Of a stretch of 64,000 nucleotides of DNA, positions 55,761 through 64,000 are shown piece after piece. The stretch is from the human T2T-CHM13v2.0 reference genome, Homo sapiens: NCBI RefSeq assembly GCF_009914755.1, contig NC_060929.1. One strand, given 5' to 3'. The translations under genes were made by a program, and so were the position numbers. Numbering within the stretch: the first letter of the stretch is position 1; every line of letters starts with the position of its first letter. Below the pieces are notes generated by a model. It ran no database searches, had not been told where the DNA came from, and worked only from the letters and a program-made list of their open reading frames with translations.

Positions 55761-56344
55761 GGACTGAGTACCGTAAAATAGGACTGAGTGACGCATCACT
55801 CAGCTATATATTCAAAACTGCACTCATCACCATTCCTGTCCCTACTCTTAATCCACTCCAAATACTGTTTTTCTGCATTATAATAAGTATGCTGCCATGC
55901 TGCTCTCATGGGTCATGCCCAGGGAGGCAGTGCCACTACTGGAGGCAGCCTTGAACCAACATCTTCCCAGGCACGTGGTTCCATCACCCCAGAACACATC
56001 CAAAGCATCCTCCTAGAGCAGTGATTCTACTCCAGGATAAGTAGCTTTTAATCACATTACTATACAGAAAGAACAACTATGTTATACAGTAGAACAAGAA
56101 ATCTGATGAATTTTAAAAATAGACAATTTCAAATAAATATATTTATGACAGCTGATCAGAACTAAGAGCCCTGAATCCCAGGAAAATGTGTGCACTGTCC
56201 TTTATTCTTTTATATTACTTGATAGAAAGAACTGGTCAGGGAATGAGCACTGAAGTAGGAATCAGGAGATCTGAAATCTAGAATTGGATCTGTCATTCTT
56301 AGAGAGAGAATGTTGTTAAGACATTTGGCAACTTAAGTTCTCCA

Positions 56345-57090
56345 TTTCCTCATCTACTATTCAATGTCTCCTCTTGGATGCCTCAAAGACATCTCAAATT
56401 CAACATGTCCCAAAGTTACCTCATGATCTTTCCCACAATCCAGTCCTTTTCCAATATTTCTTATCCCTACAAATGGCAGTATTGTACATTCAAGTGCTCA
56501 GGTCAAAAATCTAGGAATTATCTTTGACACCTACTTCTTAACTGCTATATTAAATCTACAACCAAGCCCTACTGGTTTTACTCCCTAAATGGCTCTAGGA
56601 GCCATCCACTGCCATACACCACCATGGCCACCACCCTCAGCCCAGCTTCTTCTCATCTGGACTGTCTCAGTATCCTCCCAACTGCTCCACCTGAATTTAC
56701 TCTGCCTCTGCCCCATTCTCCTGGGATGCTGAGCATTTAGCCCAAATGTCCCACAGACACACACACACCTGCCCATTTCTCCCCAAGACAACCAGAATAA
56801 CCCTTTTGAAAACAAACCTCATCCTGCCACCACCACCTCCTTGTTTAACACAGTCTATGGGGCAGATGGGGCCCGGCCTCTGCCCCCTTCCCAGTTTTGT
56901 CCAACTTCAGGCTCATATGCTCTCTCCAGCCACAATGCCTTTCTTCACACCCTCACATCCCTTGCTCATTCCCTCCAAAGAGCCTTTGCACACACTTTTC
57001 CTCTCTGTTAGGACCTCTTTTTCCCAGCTCCTCACCTAGTACACATCGACTTATCTGCCACTCTTTCAGACAAGCCCCCACATACCCTAC
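56345..57090 (+). mobile_element. LINE-2 fragment
   Basis: catctcaaattcaacatgtcccaa...tgctcaggtcaaaaatctagga. Confidence 0.65.
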
Positions 57091-57308
57091 TTGTGGCTAA
57101 ATATTGGATTGATAGAGTATTCTGAAAAGGAAGCCTTAAATTCTTTATTGGACCATGTGGGAAATTAAAAAACAACTAATAGCTATTTTGGCCACATGCC
57201 TGCCAACTCCATCAGCACCTCCAAAGGAAAGGAGGATGGCTTTTGAAAGGGAGTAGGGTGGGTTAGGGGACATCCCCCATGTATCTGCTTTCAGGTGCCC
57301 CCAAGGCC

Positions 57309-57653
57309 TGTGTCTTAGTCCACTGGGGCTGATATAACAAAATACTGTAAACCAGGTGGCTTATAAGCAACAGAAATTTATTTCTCATAGTTCTGGAAGC
57401 TGCAAGTCTGAGATCAGAGTACAGCATGACTGAGTTCTGGCGAGGGCCTTCTTCTAGGTTGTAGACCAAAACTTCTCATTGCAAGGGGCAAGGCAATTCT
57501 CTTGGGCCTCTTTTATAAGAGCGTGAATCTCAATCATGAAGGCTCTACACTCTTGACCAGTCACCTACCAAAGTCCCCGCCTCCTAATACCATGACCCTG
57601 GGGTTAGCATTTTAACATATGAATGTCTGGGGGACACAAACATTAGATCTACA
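57309..57653 (-). mobile_element. MLT1A-type LTR
   Basis: tgtcttagtcc...cagaaatttatttctcatagttctggaagctg...ggggacacaaacatt. Confidence 0.8.
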
Positions 57654-58114
57654 GCTGCCTGCTTTCTTGTCTCTGCAAGGCTGAGCAAAAGAGTGTATCT
57701 GGCACTGCTTCCAAGCAATGAACTGAAGAAACATCTTTCCCTTCTAAGAAATTTCAAACCAATTCTTTAAAAAATGTATCCTGAAAAAGAGGTATCCTCT
57801 TTCCCCCTCCTCTTACTCTTTCTCAGACTCCCGCTTCATATTGGTTTCCACCTGAGGCACTCGGAGAAGCCAAGACCACCCCATCACTTCAAAGGGATGG
57901 AGAATTAACTTCATCCATGATAATGTCTTCCAAGACCAAGGATTACATTAAGAAAGCTCAGAAAAGGGAGGTACCCCAAGAATTAGGAGATTCAAGGTCC
58001 CCATGATGCTTTTCTCCTAACAAAACTAGAAATGTAAGTGTTGGCAAATGATTGGGGTGCAGAGCCCCTAGTATGTGTATCTTGGGTGATTCCTGCCTTT
58101 GGGAAATGCTTCTC

Positions 58115-58497
58115 TGTTAATGGGCTGAATTATGCCCCCAAAATGCTCATGTTGAAATCCTAATCCTAAATACCTCAGAATGTGACCGTATTTGAAGATA
58201 AGGTCTTTAAAGAGGTAATTAAGGTAAAATGAGGACACTAGGCTAGGCCCTAATCCATCATGTTGAATGTCCTTATAAGAGGAGGTCAGTGCACAGGCAT
58301 ATGCAGAGGGAAGACCCTGTGAAGACACAGGAAGAAGACAGCCATCTACAAGCCAAGGAGAGAGGCCTCAGAAGAAACCAACCCTGCCAACACTTTGATC
58401 TTGGACTTACAGCTTCGAGAACTGTGAGAAAATCAATTTCTGTTGTTTAAGTCACCAATCTGTAGCACTCTGTTATGGCAGCCAGCCATAGCAAACA
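58115..58497 (+). mobile_element. MLT1B/C LTR
   Basis: gggctgaatt...tacctcagaatgtgaccgtatttg...gaactgtgagaaaatcaatttctgttgtttaag. Confidence 0.85.
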
Positions 58498-59129
58498 TCC
58501 TCCCTAAACAAAAATCCAAAAGTCACATCCAAAAATAACAGTGAGCAGTTTCTGAGCTCCTGCCCTGTGCCAGGGTCTGCCCTTTGCCACATCATCTCAT
58601 TTAACTCTAGTAAGAACCGTCATCACACATGAAAAGGAACCTGAGAATTTCATGGATTTGTCAAATCCACCATGCTCCAAAGCCTCTGCTTTTTTTGTTA
58701 CATACCATGACTTCCCATGGAAAACTTGCCCAATATTTCTGGGATTCTCCTGGATTATCTGGATTTTTGCTTAAAGTGTGAGTGTTATAAAAAGCAAAGG
58801 CTTCTTTGCTCAATTCTCCCTGGAAGCTGAAGAGTGGCTCTCGGCCCCAGCTGGTAAAAAGCACCAGAAGGATCTACCAGGATGGCAGCGGAAGGAGGGA
58901 GAAAGGAGGATGGATGAAGGTCTTGCCTACAGGAGAGTTCTGTGATCTAGATAATCTCCCCTAACCCTCCCTCTATCCTGTTCTTCCAAAACCAGGCCCT
59001 CAATGAATGGACAGTGAGAGGGCCCGCAAAGCCATCAGGGGAGTAAGATACTAGATAAAGCTGATCATCTAGAGGCTTGCCTATGTCCATCCATGTCCTT
59101 CTGAATTTGCTTGGGAAAATAATAACTGC

Positions 59130-59375
59130 TTTAAAGCATGGAGTGTTAGAGTCATACAAGCCTGAGTCTGAATACTGGTTCTGCTCCTTCTATCTGTGAG
59201 AATGTGGGCAAACTATTTAAATTCTTTAAAACTGCAATTTCCTCTTTCATAAAAAAAATTGCAATTATAATAACTTACTATTATACGGATGTTGTAAGGA
59301 TTAAGTGAGATAGTATGTGCAAAGCACTTACAAAATGCTTGGTATAGAGTAGGCCTTAAATAGTATATATTATTA
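59130..59375 (+). mobile_element. MIR
   Basis: tgttgtaaggattaagtgagata...tgcaaagcactta. Confidence 0.7.
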
Positions 59376-59457
59376 GAATTAATTTAATAAGAATATGTGA
59401 TTCTATTTGGGGTCTGTCTACAACCCTTAGCATTATTTCTTACCTTAGTTACAATCT

Positions 59458-59885
59458 TGTAGTGAACACTGTCGGTGCTCCTTCTGGAGCTCTCACATTC
59501 CTTTTACTTTACACAGCAGAGCACCCCTCCTCTGGCTTCAGTGCTCTTTGCCCTCAACAGTCTGTGCCTGTGCCTCTCTTAGAAGGTGGCTACAGCTACT
59601 GGAGCCAAAGGTGCTCAGGGAGGCTCTTTGTGATGGATGAGTGGTACAATACTATGAGAGTACAGCTCCCTTGCTTTGAGTGGGGACAAACTCTGCAGCA
59701 TCAGGTACATGCCAGTGAGCCCCTGTGGAATCAAGCTGAGGATGAAATGTCACATTGTTTGACCCCTTCCCACTCCCTGTCCTGCCTCTTCAACTCCTCA
59801 CCAGTTTTCTCCTGGGATCACTTCCTTAATAAACCTCTTGCACATGGACCCCTGTCTCAGGGTCTGCTTCTGGGCAAGAGAGCCC
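59458..59885 (+). mobile_element. LTR16-type ERVL LTR
   Basis: ctcctgggatcacttccttaataaacctcttgcac...tctcagggtctgcttctggg 3' end. Confidence 0.7.
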
Positions 59886-59925
59886 AGGAAGGACCTCGCC
59901 CTCCTGGGTGCTGGAGGAAGAATGA

Positions 59926-60085
59926 CAGCCTTCTCAAAGGTCTAATTCTGGGGTCCTAGAGTTTAGCCTCTCTGGCTTCAGCCCCTCAAAGGTCTAGCTC
60001 TGGGGTCCTGGAGTTTAGCCCCTTGGGCTTCAGCCCCTCAAAGGTCTAGCTCTGGGGTCCTGGAGTTTAGCCCCTCTGGCTTCAG
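59926..60085. repeat. 52-bp minisatellite, 3 copies
   Basis: Units start at 59926, 59979 and 60031 (cagcccctcaaaggtctagctctggggtcctggagtttagcccc...ggctt). Confidence 0.93.
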
Positions 60086-60509
60086 GATGTTAGTCGTTCG
60101 GTCCTCAATTCAGAGATTAAAAGGACATTCAGAGATTAAAAGCACTCTCTTCTGGAATCATCCCATCTGAAATTTGAGAAATAGGTGCTCTTACCCTTTT
60201 AACTTCTTCTGAGCCTTAGCTCTGCTATCTCTGAAATTTTAAACTAACAGTTCTCACAGGAGTTCATGGGGATGCCTGCAAGAGTATCTTAAACAAAATG
60301 TTAAGTTCATATATTTTTCTTCTACAACATAACCTTCTCCAGCTTAGCCCATTGTTGTCAAAGATGCTACAACAAACCCTGGCCAGCGTGCGGTTGGCTG
60401 GAACACAGGAGCAGGAGGCAGGAGGCAGTCATGCCATGGAAATGGCACAGGTGTAGAATGAGGGTGTCCATTGTCATGGGCACTGCAGCCACCAAATGGG
60501 CCATTGTTT

Positions 60510-60945
60510 CTTCCCACAAATTCAACAAATGCGCATGGAACACATCTATGCACCAAGCACTCTGCTACCTGCAATAGTAAGTGAAGCTGATGCAACTTTT
60601 GCTCTCATGGAATTGCAGACATGATAACCAAACAAATAAGTACGTACTTATCAACCAGGCTAAATGGCAAGGAGGAAGCTTGTGGTGTGAGGAGGACATA
60701 CAATAGGGGATCTGACCTGTAGAGAGTGGAGTAAATGGATGTATGCAGAGAAAGCTAAAAGAAGAAGGGTGGGAGGAAAGGAGAAAAGAGCTCAGGCTGA
60801 AGGAACCATGTGCAAAGATTCTGAGGCCAAGAAAGCATGAAACTTTAGAGGAATTAAAAGGAAGTCGACAGGGCTGGAGCACAAAGTCAAGTGAATATGG
60901 TGGGAAACAGTGCTGGAAGTGACCTGGAGCCAGGGCACACAGAGC
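60510..60945 (-). mobile_element. LINE-2 3' end
   Basis: attcaacaaat...ctatgcaccaagcact...gctctcatggaattgcag...catgtgcaaagattctgagg. Confidence 0.65.
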
Positions 60946-61699
60946 CAAAGACGCCAGGCACCTTCCTTGCCACCACTTCCTGCCTGACTGGACCCCTGCC
61001 ATCCCTAGGAGGCATGGCCCACCTCCAGGCTGGAAGGTCAGCCTGGACTTAAAACCTAATTCTCTCTGCTTGGGCCTATCCTCACTTCAACCACATTCAA
61101 TTTCTGGTATTCACTGAGATTGCATTTTATTATAAATTAGAAATACAGAGCAAAGTGCACAGTGCTGTAATGGTGGAAGTGCAGATCGTAAACAAGGAGG
61201 GCAGAGGACATTAGCACAAGTAGTAGTCAAACCATAGGCAGACATTTTCTACTGATAACAATTAGCAGTCCACGTCGAGAAGCTAAGAATCGTGTCCCTT
61301 CCTCTCCTAGGATAAATTACATAAAAGTTCTTGAAAGACACTACTTCTCCTTTGCTGGTAAACCTAGATCAGAACACCACTAGACAGAGACCTCTGAGCA
61401 TCTGATTTTTTTTTTTAATTTCTTGAGTGGCTTTCAGTATTAGGGCTAAAATAAATACAGAGCTTTGCCAACAATAACTAAAATAAATGTGAAGGACTCT
61501 TTTTTACAGTGAATGACATCTGCAGTTATGAAGGAAGTTCAAGGGAAAGAGCCTCCAAGGCAGTCCCTCAGAGATGAAAGGAGAGGGGAAGGAAAAGTAA
61601 CCCTGCTTAGCCTGAGCAAGGCTTCTGAGCTCCAATTCGACCTTGTGGAGTTCACACATGGGCACCGAGGGCCAGCCTCTTCAGCACATATTGATATTA

Positions 61700-61940
61700 A
61701 TAGTCCTCATATATTAAGCCCCAACTGTATGCCACACAGCACTTGAAATGCTTTACCTGCATGCTGTCATTTAATTTTCACCATAACCCCATGAGGTAGT
61801 TACTTTCATGACTCCCGTATCACAACTGAGGAAACCAGGGCTCAGAGAGATCAAATAAATTGTTCAAGGTTACAAAGCTAGAAAGAGCAGTCACTGAAAC
61901 TCAGGATTACCTGCCCCCACAAAGCTCATGCTTTTTATCT
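61700..61940 (-). mobile_element. MIR
   Basis: tcatttaattttcaccataaccccatgaggtag...tgaggaaaccagggctcagagag. Confidence 0.75.
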
Positions 61941-62432
61941 CTGTCATCAGCCCTTCAAGGACAGGGAACATGTCTTGTTTGTTTGTCCAGCCTACCACTG
62001 CAGAGGAATGTCAGTAAACAACAATGAACTGAAATGATCCAACCCAAGTTGGTTCCAGTTTCCCACCTGCTGGCTCATGAAAATAAGCAGAGGAGAAGGG
62101 AACACAAGGCCTCCTCTGTTTGAAGGGTGAGTAGGTCTATGCCAAGGGGCCCCAGACTCTGGTAGAACAGAAAAAAAGCTTTGAGGGTAGGATCAGTTTC
62201 CAGCTGTCATACCTGCACAGTGAGTGGCATTCCTAAAGGCCAGGGCAGAAATTGTGACACCATAAAGGGAAGAACGAGAGTCTCTCTATGCAAAGTCTTA
62301 GCACCCCTACTTCTGTATTGTCTGAGCCCATAAAGGAGCTGAGCTAAGGAGGGGTAGAGCTCAGGGGCCTATAACTCCAGTTATGACTACTTATTGCCAG
62401 AGCTGCATTCTCCTGGAGATGCACAGCATCAG

Positions 62433-62793
62433 TATATTAGTACGTTCTTAGGCTGCTAATAAAGACATACTCCAGACTGGGTAATTTATAAAGAAAAAGA
62501 GATTTAATGAATTCACAGTTCCACATGGCTGTGAAGGTCTTACAATCATGGCAGAAGGCAAAGGAGGAGCAAAGGCCCGTCTTACATGGCAGCAGGCAAG
62601 AGACTATGTGTAGGGGAACTCCCCTTTATAAAACCATCAGATCTCATCAGACTTACTATCATGAGAACCACTCGGGAAAGTCCCGCCTCATTATTCAACC
62701 ATCATGCCACCAGGTCCCTCCCATGACAAGTGGGAATTACAGGAGCTACAATTCAAGATGAGATTTGGGTGGGTGCACACCTAAACCATATCA
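62433..62793 (-). mobile_element. THE1 (B/C-like) solo LTR
   Basis: tattagt...gctgctaataaagacatac...gatgagatttgggtggg...aaaccatatca. Confidence 0.9.
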
Positions 62794-64000
62794 GTCGGGT
62801 AGCACAGATGGGGCCCTGAAAGACCAAGGGAGACACAGTAGTGGCAGCAGAAAGAACTCTTCTCAGAGTAGGAAGAACTCAACAGATACCTATGAAGGAG
62901 TGAACAGAAGCAAACAAGACGTTGTATCCTGGATATGTCTGCCTCGAAAGAGCTCACAAAGTTGATTATTAAAATTATTTTGGCCTATAGCAGGAATTTT
63001 GGCCAAGTTTCTAGACCAGAATTGGGCTCATAAAATGACAGCATTTTTAGGAAACTGTGAGAAAAGAAGACAGAGGTCTTCCCCTTCCTCTTTGGTCACT
63101 CAACCAAGTCAGTGCGAGAAATGTGCTGAGAAGCCCGTTCTTGGGATGTCTCCTCCAGACCCTCCACCTCACAGTTTCCACCTTGCCTAAGCATAGGGTA
63201 ACCTGGGGAACTTGTTTGAAAAATATGGACTCCTAGGCCTCACTCTACATTTACTGAATATGAGTTTTCAGGGTCTTGGGCATGTATGTTTTTAGCAAAG
63301 ACTGTAGGTCCTTTAGGAACAGATGAGTCTGGGAAACACAGCAACAGTCCAGGCTCTTCCTGCAATGGCCTTTCTGACATGGCAGACACACCAGTGTAAC
63401 AGTTTTGAAAGCCATTTCCAAGTTTGAATGAATGTTTAATGGTTTCAGATTTTTTTAAGTAAAAATAAAATACAATGGGAAAATCATCTTTGAGAGAAGA
63501 ATAGGAATTAAATTTAAATGGGACAGTTAGCAATTATTTTCAAAAGCCACATGATTTTGAACAAAACTGCCAGCACAGCAGAAGCTAATGGCTTGTTCCC
63601 TTGCCTTAAACGTCCTAATAAATGTGCTAATAGAGAAGACTTATTTGGAATTTATATAAAGGTAAAAGAACAAGTTCACTTCAGACCTGGCTATATTTTT
63701 TGAGACTGTGCTTTTTCAGGAACTTCAGACTTAAAATGAGGAAAAGTAAGTGTATCCTCTGGATAAGTCACTGAGAAAGGTCTTGATCCCAATCTACCTT
63801 GCAGAAGGCTGCATTATCCCAGTCCTGACTAGGTGGTGGATATGAGAGTGCTCTCTTTATTTGTACTTGCTGGCCTGCAGGAGGCTGAATGGGGGAGTGG
63901 TTGGAAACACGGGCTTTGGAAACAGGAAGATCTGGGTGGGCTCAAGTCCTGCTTCTACTACTATGTGTCCTTGGACACACAATTTAAACTCTCTGGGTCT

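Noticed and set aside
59462-59959. 165-aa ORF
   Set aside because: Lies within an LTR16 element, has a non-ATG start and no domain features
59926-60085. CRISPR-like repeat array
   Set aside because: Units are contiguous with no unique spacers, and the DNA is human; it is a minisatellite

Overview
Human genomic DNA (a near-consensus AluYb8 is present), repeat-rich and intergenic or intronic. I recognise no cellular protein-coding gene, RNA gene or CRISPR array. The long ORFs all belong to retroelements. Main content: (1) the 3' ~7.2 kb of a decayed ERV9/HERV9 provirus on + (gag end, pro, pol, env, PPT, LTR12-type 3' LTR). (2) A nested structure at ~43.1-53.1 kb: an MLT1 LTR split by a 5'-truncated L1PA, itself split by a two-LTR HERV-K(HML-3)/MER9 provirus on -, with target-site duplications (TSDs) readable at each level. 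(3) A second nest, L1MC > MER8-like Tigger MITE > THE1/MST LTR. (4) A very young AluYb8 beside a pure (TA)31 tract and a GGAA microsatellite. (5) A solo MER61-like LTR with a near-perfect p53 element. (6) Many Alu, L2, MIR, L3, MaLR, ERVL and DNA-transposon fragments. I found no convincing evidence of a new biological system; the best leads are TE-derived regulatory elements and speculative LTR-driven spliced transcripts. Subfamily names come from remembered consensus sequences and need RepeatMasker/Dfam confirmation. Boundaries of old repeats are approximate.
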